Assembly: GCA_047622095.1 (NCBI GenBank)
Contig: JBLHNU010000011.1
Span: 41,428 to 105,427, forward strand
Direction: 5' to 3'
DNA length: 64,000 bases
Source: Desulforhopalus sp.
GTDB lineage: Bacteria; Desulfobacterota; Desulfobulbia; Desulfobulbales; Desulfocapsaceae
In this document: in pieces, positions 1-9,457 of the stretch
Position numbering within the stretch: the stretch's first letter is position 1
Layout: each line of letters starts with the position of its first letter
Position numbers and translations under genes: made by a program
The notes under the pieces: model-generated
The model's database searches: none
Told to the model about the DNA's origin: nothing
The model's input: the letters and a program-made list of their open reading frames with translations, nothing else

Positions 1-306
1 TCATGATACTTGTCAAACATAAGCAGCAAAAAGTTTGGGAGTATACCCAAGTCACAATGTTATTTCTATAGTTTATCGGTAGATTCACTGTGATTTCAAG
101 TGGTAAAACTTAGGTCTACAGTTAAGCCCTGTTATTGTAAGGAGTTACTTTTCAAAGACAGGATAAACTTTTTTGTGAGATGGGACTTGGGCGGTTTCCA
201 GGAAACTCTTATACATAAAACATATGGAATTTGGCACTATTGACCTGTTGTATCAACGCTACTCGTAATGAATAAAGATAATCACTCTGGAAAATGATGT
301 AACGAC

Positions 307-790
307 TCAGGCGAAAAAGCAAAATAAATTTGTCAGATCTACTTCGACATCCTCAGGCCGATGACCACAGGCCCGTTCAAACTACCGTTATTTCCACCGA
401 TAGTGAGATTATCGATGGAAAGCGGAACATCACCCACTTGAAAGATATTTTTCATTCCTACAAACTTTCCAACATCCACGTTTTTTGGCCGCAAGAACAC
501 ATCATCAACAATCCCCACTTGTTTTATTCTTCCTTTACTGATGATCCCAACTAGATCACCGAGGTAAAAGGCTTCATTAAAACCATGGGTAACCATCAAA
601 AACGTTGTACCAAGTGATGTGTGCAGCTCTTTTAACAGACGCTGTATTTCTCCTCTAAATCACGGATCAAGAGCAGAGAGAGGCTAATCTAGAAATAATA
701 CTCTTGGTTGTATTACAAGAGCCCCTGCCAGTGAGACCCGCTGCTTTTCTCCACCAGATAGATGCGGCAATGCATAACGGGCCAAAAAAA
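307..790 (-). pseudogene. Degraded ABC transporter ATPase (WtpC/ModC-like)
   Basis: Minus-strand translation reads HLSGGEKQRVSLAGALVIQPRVLFLD*PLSALDP*FRGEIQRLLKELHTSLGTTFLMVTHGFNEAFYLGD. The ABC signature is intact, the Walker B Glu is replaced by TAG (684-686), there is a second stop TGA (660-662), and a frameshift at about 360 precedes RPEDVEV. No Walker A or N-terminus is present. Confidence 0.85.
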
Positions 791-900
791 TTTAATGATG
801 GAACACGATTCACACTTACACCTCAAGAGCCAGAGACGCGTTAAACGCGGATCAGACCCAATATCTTACAGGGAAGCTTCAGCTTCCCGATTGTTATGTA

Positions 901-1080
901 TTAATTTTTTACTTCGACCATTGGTTGTAATTGAGAAGGAAGTTGCTTCATCATCTCTTCTGAAGAAATTCTTGCTGGAACAAAGGGTGGTTGCCCTTTT
1001 TCTTTGAGTATAGCGAGCCCACCCTCTGGGTCGAGTAGATACTCAAGAAATATTTTGGCTGCCTCTAAATTTTCTGCATA
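901..1080 (-). pseudogene. C-terminal remnant of a tungstate/molybdate-binding protein (WtpA-like)
   Basis: AENLEAAKIFLEYLLDPEGGLAILKEKGQPPFVPARISSEEMMKQLPSQLQPMVEVKN* resembles the C-terminus of WtpA-type binding proteins as I recall them. The upstream ORF part (901..1146) is not homologous. It lies directly upstream of the ATPase remnant. Confidence 0.6.
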
Positions 1081-1418
1081 AAAGACACAAACCTTTGGTG
1101 GTGTGCCACACCGAGAAATGCGCTCAATTCGGCAGAACCCAAACAAAAGGATATCGCTTCCATTGTAAAACGAGTTTAAGAAAGGTACAGTGAATCTTAT
1201 TCATCATAACGCTGGAGTGCTATTTCATATGTTTTGATTCAAATCAGCAGGGTTACTTTTGTCGTAATATCGGCCAGACGGCCTAACGCGATTTTTCGAT
1301 ACCTTGTAGTGAGTCTTAGCTGGATAAAAATTATTTTATTTGATGTCACGCTCAGTCCTCATAATATGATATACTAAATTAGGTCACAAAAATAATTGCA
1401 CGCATACGGTAGAAAAAC

Positions 1419-1772
1419 ATGAACATTACACATTCCAAACAGGCTTTTACGGTATTATTAAGCTGTTGCCTTATCTTCTTTTATTTCACGGCAAGTCATG
1501 CTGAAGACGGTTATTGTTCTGGTGTTATAGTTTTATCAACAGCCGCACAAGTAGAAGGTTCTAAAAATTTACCAGTCAATTCAGTAAAGTTGCAAAATTC
1601 CAGATCGGATTGTGGCAATTGGCTACAAGGTGATATCACATGGTTTACACTCAATACAGGAAACCTCAATGGAATGCTCACAACAGCTATGTCAGCACAA
1701 ATAGCTGAATACACTGTTACGATACTACAGAATCAGGCAACTCTTACTCAGGAGGAGATCTCCTTACGCTAA
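1419..1772 (+). CDS. Small secreted hypothetical protein
   Basis: 117 aa with a Sec-type signal peptide (basic N-terminus, hydrophobic core, ASHA cleavage site) and two Cys in the mature part. No family recognised. Confidence 0.55.
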   Translation: MNITHSKQAFTVLLSCCLIFFYFTASHAEDGYCSGVIVLSTAAQVEGSKNLPVNSVKLQNSRSDCGNWLQGDITWFTLNTGNLNGMLTTAMSAQIAEYTVTILQNQATLTQEEISLR

Positions 1773-1899
1773 TAAGCCTGGACAGTCCTTAAGAAAGAAG
1801 ATTTGTGATATTACTGGAATCCAATATATTTAGGCAGAGTATGGAATGACTCTGCATTTTCTGTCCCCTCCTTTCAATAGTGAATTTCAAATGATCAAG

Positions 1900-2560
1900 A
1901 AATAAGGATCATCCTCACTGTAATTTGCAGGACAGGTAACAACCGTTTTAAGTTTTTGATATTTCCGAACACACCACGCTATCTCTACGATCCCTGCAGA
2001 AAACAGATAAGAAGCGCCAAGTTTACAATCTGCAAGTTCTGTTGACCATTGAGACTGGTGATCACTTCAGTGGTCAGGTCGAGTACAACTTCGTCACCCA
2101 ACCAAGAATCAGGCAGCAGATTCACGCTAAACTCCAGTTGTTCCAACATCACAATCTAAGATCTAGCCAATCCATTCAACCAATTCCCCAAGCATACAGT
2201 GGTATACCATTGATGAAAAAACATCTACATAGGGCGCAAGCAATTTAGCATCCTGGCCTAAGTTAAAAGAGAGTGAGCTATCATTTTCAGATTTGCGCCA
2301 AGTTGAACCTTTCGTTCTTTTGAGAGTCTGCCGATAAGGTCCTTGGCACCCCTGGAAAAAGATGTCACCTGCTGTACCCACTCCTTCAGATAGCCCCACT
2401 CTGTTTTCATCCTTAAACAGGGAAAGACATCTCTTGTGGTAACAAGTATCAGGGATGGACGGATCTTCATGCTCCCAACGTCCAGGGTAACGTATAAAGT
2501 CAAGCTACACCCCAGAAATACCATTCACGCAAGTATATTCATTCAACCATTGTTCAAGTA
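1900..2560 (-). pseudogene. Degraded glycoside hydrolase-like 10 (DUF187-like) gene
   Basis: One frame reads NGISGV*LDFIRYPGRWEHEDPSIPDTCYHKRCLSLF...SFNLGQDAKLLAPYVDVFSSMVYHCMLGELVEWIG*. LDFIRYP is the GHL10-type motif, and TAG at 2505-2507 falls where Trp is expected. The boundaries are approximate. Confidence 0.55.
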
Positions 2561-2804
2561 GCTACAAGCGACAGGCACGCTACCATTAGAAAGCACAGCC
2601 AACACCCCTTAACATATCCTTACAGTATGAAGGCCTTGTCTATATTCTGTGGCAACAGGAAACCGTTCAGCAGGCCTCCAACCGGTGTTGTCGAATGCCT
2701 TCCCAAAATAGATCTCGGAGCAGGATCCGGAAAAGTAGGGAAGGTTTCGTGCGATGCTTCAAAATTCGTCAAGCATCCAATGGATACTCTTACGTCTACA
2801 CATT

Positions 2805-3740
2805 CTACTCAGCCTGTTGACGCCGTATCTCTAAAAGCATTTCCTTGCCATTATTTTCAAGTATATACTCTCCTACGCTTGCACCAATCGCCTCTGGATC
2901 GGATGCACTTCCGGTTTCGGTTTTACGAAGAATTGTTACACCATCAAGGCTTGCAAGGCCCCCTGTCAGTGTAACTTCAGAACCATCTGTGCTAAGAGTC
3001 GCGTAACCAAAAGCTGGAATACTACATCCACCTTCCAGTTTTTTAAGGAAAGCCCGTTCTGCAAGAAGACAAGTTTCACTCTTCTTATTGTTCAGGCAAT
3101 CTCGCACCTGCTGCACTTTTTCAGGAGCAAGCGTAGATGCCGCCTCAATCGCAATGCATCCCTGCCCCACAGGAGGAGTGAACTCAACTGCATCAAACTC
3201 GCAAACAATCATATCATCGTATCCCATGCGTTTTACTCCAGCATAGGCAAGCATCAGGGCATCACAATCCCCATCTTTCATTTTCCGAATACGGGTCTGT
3301 AGATTGCCTCTCATCTCGACAATTTTTACATGGGGATAATAGTTGCGTAAAAAAGCGCGCCTTCTAACAGAAGATGTACCGATAACCAGCGGCTTATTGA
3401 CATCTTTTAGATCAATCCCCTTTTTCGAGCTCACCAGTACATCGTTTACTTTTTCCCGCTCAGTAAAAGCTATCAGCTCAAATCCTTCAGGTAAAATCGA
3501 CTGCATATCTTTTGCGCTGTGAACAGCAATATCGGTAATCCCGGCAGCCAATTGTTCTTCAAGCTCCACAGTAAAAACACCTTTGCTACCGATTTTTGCA
3601 ATTGACCTGTCAAGAACCTTATCTCCAATAGTTTCCATGGAGTTGATCTTGGTTTCAAGCCCCGCTTCATTTAAAAACCGGGCTACCGTTTCTGCCTGCC
3701 ACATTGCAAGCTTACTTTTTCTCGTTCCGATAGTTATCAT
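2805..3740 (-). CDS. hemC: Hydroxymethylbilane synthase (porphobilinogen deaminase)
   Basis: IGTRKSKLAMWQA, GDKVLD, DIAVHSAKD, GTSSVRR, RGNLQTR, GQGCIAIE and LEGGCSIP motifs; 311 aa. Confidence 0.97.
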   Translation of the reverse strand: MITIGTRKSKLAMWQAETVARFLNEAGLETKINSMETIGDKVLDRSIAKIGSKGVFTVELEEQLAAGITDIAVHSAKDMQSILPEGFELIAFTEREKVNDVLVSSKKGIDLKDVNKPLVIGTSSVRRRAFLRNYYPHVKIVEMRGNLQTRIRKMKDGDCDALMLAYAGVKRMGYDDMIVCEFDAVEFTPPVGQGCIAIEAASTLAPEKVQQVRDCLNNKKSETCLLAERAFLKKLEGGCSIPAFGYATLSTDGSEVTLTGGLASLDGVTILRKTETGSASDPEAIGASVGEYILENNGKEMLLEIRRQQAE

Positions 3741-3925
3741 TTTTAGTCCAATATGTTAGAGCACCAACAAAACTCGCCATCAGTGCATTACTATTATCAA
3801 TTCCCTGCTCAACAGCTTGAGTGTTGAGAGAATACCATACACAACTCACTTCGCAAAACACAACTTTTCCCTCTTTCTTAACACCAACCGTTGCCACTCA
3901 CGTAACAAATCAGTATCATGACTGT

Positions 3926-4666
3926 ATGCGACTTCTTCTTTACAATATACGTTATGGTACCGGACACCAGAATGGCTACCATCTCCCCCTGCCATTTTCC
4001 GGTTTCTTTAAAAACAGTACCGTAAATTTTACGCGTATTTTAAACTTCATAGCATCTGTAAACCCGGACATTGTTGCTCTTGTCGAGGTGGACACGGGCT
4101 CGTATAGAACCGGTCATTTGTGCCAGGCTCAAAGGGTTGCAGATACTTTGGGGTATAACCTTGTGGTAGAGCCAAAGTATAAAGACAACTCGCTTGCCAG
4201 AAAAGTTCCAGTACTCAGGCAACAAGGTAACGCCATCCTCACAAAACAGTCGGTTGAACATTTTCACTTCCACTACTTTGAGGAGGGGCTGAAAAAACTG
4301 GTCATACAGACTGATCTCAGAGCCGTAGCTGTTTTCATCGTCCACCTCTCACTCAAATACAGGCATCGTCAAAATCAGCTGGAACAGCTTCATGCCCTCA
4401 CCCAGGAAACAGACAAAGAGGTTATTATTGCAGGGGATTTCAACACCTTCTGGGGGAGCAGAGAGCTTAATCTTTTTCTTGCCGCAACAGGACTGGAAAA
4501 CGCTAACCTCGGAAATAAACCTTCACACCCAAGCCACGCTCCAAGCAGGCAGATCGACTTCATCCTTCACAGCCCAGGAATCCGTATCGATAATTTTTAT
4601 ATTCCAGACGTCAGACTTTCTGACCACTCGCCCCTGGTCTGCGATTTTTCCTGCGTACTCACGTGA
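3926..4666 (+). CDS. Endonuclease/exonuclease/phosphatase (EEP) family protein
   Basis: MRLLLYNIRYG start, DIVALVEVD, GNAILT, HLSL, AGDFN, QIDFIL and SDHSP motifs. Start moved from 3821 to the ATG at 3926, where the domain begins. Confidence 0.9.
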   Translation: MRLLLYNIRYGTGHQNGYHLPLPFSGFFKNSTVNFTRILNFIASVNPDIVALVEVDTGSYRTGHLCQAQRVADTLGYNLVVEPKYKDNSLARKVPVLRQQGNAILTKQSVEHFHFHYFEEGLKKLVIQTDLRAVAVFIVHLSLKYRHRQNQLEQLHALTQETDKEVIIAGDFNTFWGSRELNLFLAATGLENANLGNKPSHPSHAPSRQIDFILHSPGIRIDNFYIPDVRLSDHSPLVCDFSCVLT

Positions 4667-6054
4667 TTAAGAGGTAGACTCACCTGAAAACAACTTCCTT
4701 CATTGAGACTACTTTCCACAGAAACCTCGCCACCATGAGCAACAACCACAGCCTGCACATAGTTTAAGCCAAGTCCCAAACCTTTTTGGGAGCGGCTTCT
4801 ATCTCCGCGGTAAAGACGTTCCCATATTTTTTTCTGTTCAGAGGATGATATCCCCATACCATTATCCGTTAAACTCACAGTTATATCCTTTTCACCTATA
4901 CTCACAGTGATTTTCACCCAGCCGCCATCATGTCCATATTTAATAGCATTATCGAGAAGATTTGCCCAAACCTGAGAAATACGTGTACTATCGAGTTCCA
5001 GGCTAAGGGAAGAAAAGTCCGCTAGAATCACGTCAACATTCTGCTCTTGTGCCACATATTCGTACAAGGTTACTACCTGCTCTAAACTCTTTCGTAAGTC
5101 GCATTCTTGCCTCTCAAGTCTCATTGTTCCAGACTCAGCCTCTGCAACACTCATCATAATTCGGAGCATTGCAAGTACCCTGTCAGATTCTTCAAGACAG
5201 TCAGACAATGCATCTTGCAACCGTTCGGGATCCCCTTCCGCCTGTAAACCATACTCTGCAACAGAGCGAAGCCTCGTCATTGGAGTACGTAGATCATGGG
5301 CTACATTATCAAGAGAATTCTGCATCTCTGAGACGAGATGACGATTTTGTTGCAACAGATTATTGATCTGGCGATACAAGTTATCCAATTCAGGACCGCT
5401 TCCTTTTTCTGGTAGAAGCTCTGTTTTTGAATCAGCTGATAATTCAGCCACCTTCTCTCTTGTTGCGATGAGGGGGGAAAGGCTTAGTTTTATGAAATAA
5501 AGAGAGAGGGGCCACAGCAATGCAACACTGCTTAACATTATATAAACTGTAGATCTAATCATCTGACTAAAGAGTCTATAACTTCCACTTCCATCTTTTC
5601 CAAGTTGAACCAGAGAATCCCCGTTAAAACGTTTAGTCACAACTGTCAGTACATCTTCGCTTTCGCTCTCAGTATCTTTTACTTTTACCCAGACACCGGA
5701 AGAATCTGGGGCCAGATCCACAAGAGCTTTAAAGCTTAAGTCACCAAGCGTATCACTCACCACCAGAAGCTGTTCCCCCTGATGTACAATCCGGGCAAAT
5801 AGAACACCATCAGGAAGCTGATCATGCCGCAACGGTAAATATCCCACTATTCTACTGGAATTACTACGAAGGTTTAGATACACCTCAAGAAGATGATCCA
5901 CTTGAGACCGCTCAATTGACTGCAGATGTGAACGAGCACTCAAGAGATAGGTAAGTGCAAGTAAAATCCCTCCGGCCCACAGTAGTACAAAGACAGGAAA
6001 GGCCTTTTGGGAACGGGACCACGAAAGATCACTTTTGCTGATCTTTAAGGACAT
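4597..6054 (-). CDS. Membrane sensor histidine kinase (HAMP-HisKA-HATPase), CusS/heavy-metal-sensor-like
   Basis: Two TM segments, HAMP, H-box VAHDLRTPMTR, N-box NLLDNAIKY, DNGMGI and GLGLGL. Overlaps the upstream regulator by 26 bp. Confidence 0.93.
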   Translation of the reverse strand: MSLKISKSDLSWSRSQKAFPVFVLLWAGGILLALTYLLSARSHLQSIERSQVDHLLEVYLNLRSNSSRIVGYLPLRHDQLPDGVLFARIVHQGEQLLVVSDTLGDLSFKALVDLAPDSSGVWVKVKDTESESEDVLTVVTKRFNGDSLVQLGKDGSGSYRLFSQMIRSTVYIMLSSVALLWPLSLYFIKLSLSPLIATREKVAELSADSKTELLPEKGSGPELDNLYRQINNLLQQNRHLVSEMQNSLDNVAHDLRTPMTRLRSVAEYGLQAEGDPERLQDALSDCLEESDRVLAMLRIMMSVAEAESGTMRLERQECDLRKSLEQVVTLYEYVAQEQNVDVILADFSSLSLELDSTRISQVWANLLDNAIKYGHDGGWVKITVSIGEKDITVSLTDNGMGISSSEQKKIWERLYRGDRSRSQKGLGLGLNYVQAVVVAHGGEVSVESSLNEGSCFQVSLPLNHVSTQEKSQTRGEWSESLTSGI

Positions 6055-6715
6055 AGCCCACGCCTCGTACGGTATGGATCATTTTCTCTTCAAAGTCCTT
6101 GTCGATTTTATTACGCAGTCGACAAACCAGCACATCTACCACATTAGTCTGAGGATCAAAGGAGTAGTCATACACGCTTTCAAGTATTGAGGTTTTTGAA
6201 ACAACAATTCCAGGATGACGCATCATATACTCAAGCAATGAGTACTCTTTGACAGGAAGTTCCAGCTTATTCCCCTCTCTATAGACCTCGTGCTTAAGAA
6301 GATCCATCTCAAGCTCGCCAACTTTTAACACCATGGGTTGGATATTTTTTTGATCCCTGCGAATAAGTGCCTGAATACGGGCAAGAAGTTCACTAAAAGA
6401 AAAGGGTTTAACCATATAGTCATCCCCACCTTTCTGCAGACCCTGAATTCGATCATCCACTGATTGCTTTGCACTCAAAATGAGTACCGGTGTGTTCACA
6501 CCCGCGCCCCGCATCTTTTCAATCACAGACAAGCCATCTAGACCAGGCAACATAAGATCGACTATAGCAGCATCATAGGTTGAATCCAGCACCCTGCTCA
6601 GTCCCTCCAGCCCATCGTGACATTTATCCACCAGAAACCCAGCCTCTTTAAAACCACGTTCAATAAAAGCGGCTATTTTCACATCATCTTCAATAAGTAG
6701 GATACGCATAATCAT
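6029..6715 (-). CDS. OmpR-family response regulator (CusR/CopR-like)
   Basis: RILLIEDD, IVDLMLPGLDG, GGDDYMVKPF, winged-helix DPQTNVVDVLVCRLRNKID and HTVRGVGY. Confidence 0.93.
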   Translation of the reverse strand: MIMRILLIEDDVKIAAFIERGFKEAGFLVDKCHDGLEGLSRVLDSTYDAAIVDLMLPGLDGLSVIEKMRGAGVNTPVLILSAKQSVDDRIQGLQKGGDDYMVKPFSFSELLARIQALIRRDQKNIQPMVLKVGELEMDLLKHEVYREGNKLELPVKEYSLLEYMMRHPGIVVSKTSILESVYDYSFDPQTNVVDVLVCRLRNKIDKDFEEKMIHTVRGVGYVLKDQQK

Positions 6716-6730
6716 TATTGTAAAGGTACA

Positions 6731-7516
6731 TTAATTGTCACTCAACACAATCACAGAACCGTTCCGCCCCGTGACGCCATCACCATTCTGAATCGCCTTT
6801 CTATAAGAAAAATAATCCTCAGAACAGAGTGTACATTGCCCTGATATAACAACATTTGTCTTCTGCACTCCCTCTGCCATTAACTGCGTACCGGAAATGC
6901 GCCAAAAATCAAAATGGTTTTCATGGACCTTAAACTCCACAAAATCCTTAGGAAGTTCACTTTGATAATTACGAAATTCGGCACAACATGGCCCAAGAGA
7001 CGGACCAACAATGGCCTGTATATTATCAGGATTTGATGAAAACTCACGAACCATTGCGCCGACAACTTTTCCCAGAATATTCTGCACACTACCCCTCCAA
7101 CCATTGTGGACCGCAGCTACAACTCCAGCAACATTATCATACAGGAGGACGCCCTGACAATCTGCATGTTGCACCATCAGGGCAACTCCGCTCTGGTTCG
7201 TTATAAGAGCATCACAGCTTTTGACCTCAATATCATCCACCAGCGGCTTATTTTGTACATGAATTTTTGTACCATGGACCTGAAGGGCTGAAAGAAGAGT
7301 AGTTGCTTCCATTGTCCTTTTTACAATTTCCCGATTCGCATACACAGAAGAGTCTTCATCTCCTACATGCAAACCAAGGTTGAGAGAATCATACGTCCCC
7401 TTACTCTTTCCACCATGACAGTTAAAGAAGCCATAACGGCAGTGCAAACCATCATTACAACTTAGTTGTGGAAAACTGTTTACTACCATATCTTGACCAG
7501 AACACGTAACCATCAA
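6731..7516 (-). CDS. pgeF: PgeF/YfiH (DUF152) purine nucleoside phosphorylase / laccase-like protein
   Basis: SLNLGLHVGD, QVHG, DALIT, ADCQGVLL, HNGWRG, GPSLGPCC, CTLC and FSYR motifs. Confidence 0.9.
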   Translation of the reverse strand: MMVTCSGQDMVVNSFPQLSCNDGLHCRYGFFNCHGGKSKGTYDSLNLGLHVGDEDSSVYANREIVKRTMEATTLLSALQVHGTKIHVQNKPLVDDIEVKSCDALITNQSGVALMVQHADCQGVLLYDNVAGVVAAVHNGWRGSVQNILGKVVGAMVREFSSNPDNIQAIVGPSLGPCCAEFRNYQSELPKDFVEFKVHENHFDFWRISGTQLMAEGVQKTNVVISGQCTLCSEDYFSYRKAIQNGDGVTGRNGSVIVLSDN

Positions 7517-7582
7517 ACATCACCAGTAAAAAGTTAATTTACATATCGGATCACAGTAAAACAGGAAGGCAACAGGATCAAC

Positions 7583-7623
7583 AAAAAACGGGTTTAACCA
7601 CCATTGCAGTCAAACCCGTTTTT
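7583..7623 (-). terminator. Rho-independent terminator after the DUF3373 gene
   Basis: AAAAACGGGTTT (7584-7595) and AAACCCGTTTTT (7612-7623) form a perfect inverted repeat ending in a U-tract on the minus strand, 27 nt after the stop codon. Confidence 0.8.
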
Positions 7624-7650
7624 ACCTAACATTTTTTACAACTACTATCT

Positions 7651-9168
7651 TTAAAAGAATGCCTCAAAAGTAAGATAAACCTGATCAGCACTTTCCACAG
7701 GATCCATACCCATCATCTGAAGCTTAGCGGTATCTCCTGCATCACTTAGGTCGTACGCGGCAAGATTCCAATCGCCAGAACCGGAGTAGTCATACTCGTA
7801 ATGCTGGTAGCCAAGACGAATAAAGGTTTTGGCGTACTTTGAAATCGCCTCTCCAGTTGGCAGGTCATATATGGTGTATAGCTCAAAAACCTGACCTCTT
7901 GTGGCGAGTTTAGACTGATAGATTTCATCATGTCCAGGTGCCATAGCAAGCCAATATTGGGAACCATAGTTATATTCCGCACCAAACTTCAGGCCAGCCT
8001 GTTCCACGTCATAACGAACACCAAGATAGAGTGAATAACCATCTTCCTTATCGGTATTAGGCCCAGCGGGTGCAAACGGATCGTTGAACATTCCAGCACC
8101 ATCAGGCTGTGTTTGGGAATAGCCACCGGATAGGAAATAATTCAAACCTGCGACCTTGTTCTGATATACGGCGGCATTATGCCAGATATCACCCAGGTTT
8201 GCCCTATCACCCATTCCACTCATCTCACCAAAAGCGGAGTTGATAATGGGATCCTGAAAGTTTGGATAGTTGATAACATCAAAAGCCATAAAGCTTTGGA
8301 CGTACATAAACCTGTCACCTTTTTTCATGATATCCCAGCTCAGACCAGCGAAGTCCATATCGTTTAGGGAGCTTGTGACATCATCTTCAAGACCTGCTTC
8401 AAACCCTCTACCATAGCAGAAGCGGACACGACTGGAGCCGAGAACATCAGCACCCCAGTTCCATGCATAGCCAAGAGAAAGACCATCAAAAGGCCAATCC
8501 ATAAATGCCATTGGTGTGGCCAGGCGTTCATCTACACCCAGTTTGATCTGTGCAGGTGGTCCATCGGTGGTTGGTCTACGGCCAATGGAAAACCACATGG
8601 GCAGGCCAGCAATATTATTCCAGTTAACAAAGGCACGATCCACATACAAAGCACTGCTTCCAATAGGAGTCCTTGTGACATTACCATCAAAAACAGGCCA
8701 CATAGCACCACTTTCATCGTTAAAAGCTGACTGATTCCCCCATGTTTTATACATGGAAAGCCGGCCTTTAAACTCTACATTTTCGGTCGCTTTCACCCTC
8801 ATGTTCAGACGAAATCTGTTGGTGAGAAGGGTATCATTGTCTATTTCTCGCCCAAAAACTGATTCAGCATTGTAAAAGTCAGCCCGGGCACGGAAATCAC
8901 CATACAGGTTAAAACGAGAGGCAAGATCCCAATCGTCAGAGCGATCGTCAAGATCACCAACACTCTCATCGAGTTCCCCTACAGTCTCCGCCAATGCATC
9001 ATTCTTCTCTGCCTGGGCTGTCATCACAGCCCGTAATTCATCAAGTTGCCTGCTCAATTCCTCAATCTTTTTTTCCATGTCCACAGGACTGGATCCGCCA
9101 CTGGCTAGAGCTGCAGCGGGTAGTGCCAACATCCCCGCAAGTGCCAACACTGAAATTTTCTTTAGCAT
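7651..9168 (-). CDS. DUF3373-family outer-membrane beta-barrel protein
   Basis: Signal peptide, N-terminal coiled coil, then NRFRLNMRVK, LYVDRAFVNW, FSIGRRPTTDGPP and KLATRG motifs and a C-terminal aromatic signature (YLTFEAFF). Strong SD GGAGGAG. Confidence 0.8.
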   Translation of the reverse strand: MLKKISVLALAGMLALPAAALASGGSSPVDMEKKIEELSRQLDELRAVMTAQAEKNDALAETVGELDESVGDLDDRSDDWDLASRFNLYGDFRARADFYNAESVFGREIDNDTLLTNRFRLNMRVKATENVEFKGRLSMYKTWGNQSAFNDESGAMWPVFDGNVTRTPIGSSALYVDRAFVNWNNIAGLPMWFSIGRRPTTDGPPAQIKLGVDERLATPMAFMDWPFDGLSLGYAWNWGADVLGSSRVRFCYGRGFEAGLEDDVTSSLNDMDFAGLSWDIMKKGDRFMYVQSFMAFDVINYPNFQDPIINSAFGEMSGMGDRANLGDIWHNAAVYQNKVAGLNYFLSGGYSQTQPDGAGMFNDPFAPAGPNTDKEDGYSLYLGVRYDVEQAGLKFGAEYNYGSQYWLAMAPGHDEIYQSKLATRGQVFELYTIYDLPTGEAISKYAKTFIRLGYQHYEYDYSGSGDWNLAAYDLSDAGDTAKLQMMGMDPVESADQVYLTFEAFF

Positions 9169-9457
9169 AATTCTCCTCCCAAAATTATTGTAAACTCCTT
9201 ACCTCCTACGACTTACTACTAACACAAACGCACCTACTATAGAATTTAATTAATTACATTAATACTACAAATGTCTATTCATAGTCAATAGTGTACCAAA
9301 TTTACACCCAACCCCACAACTACATGGAGCATTTTTTTAATATTTCTTTAAATATCCTCGGTAGATTTTCTCTTAATCGCAGTGTATCGTTGTATTTCTT
9401 CATGCTCGAGCTACTGAGATATTCTTTATTTATGATCACTTTACTTACTTAAAACCC

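Noticed and set aside
2627-2974. 115-aa plus-strand ORF
   Set aside because: Overlaps the hemC 3' end antisense, has low-complexity composition and shows no motif.
9170-9457. Cobalamin riboswitch upstream of cbiK or DUF3373
   Set aside because: No B12-box or GGGAA/GCCACTG elements on either strand; the region is simply AT-rich.
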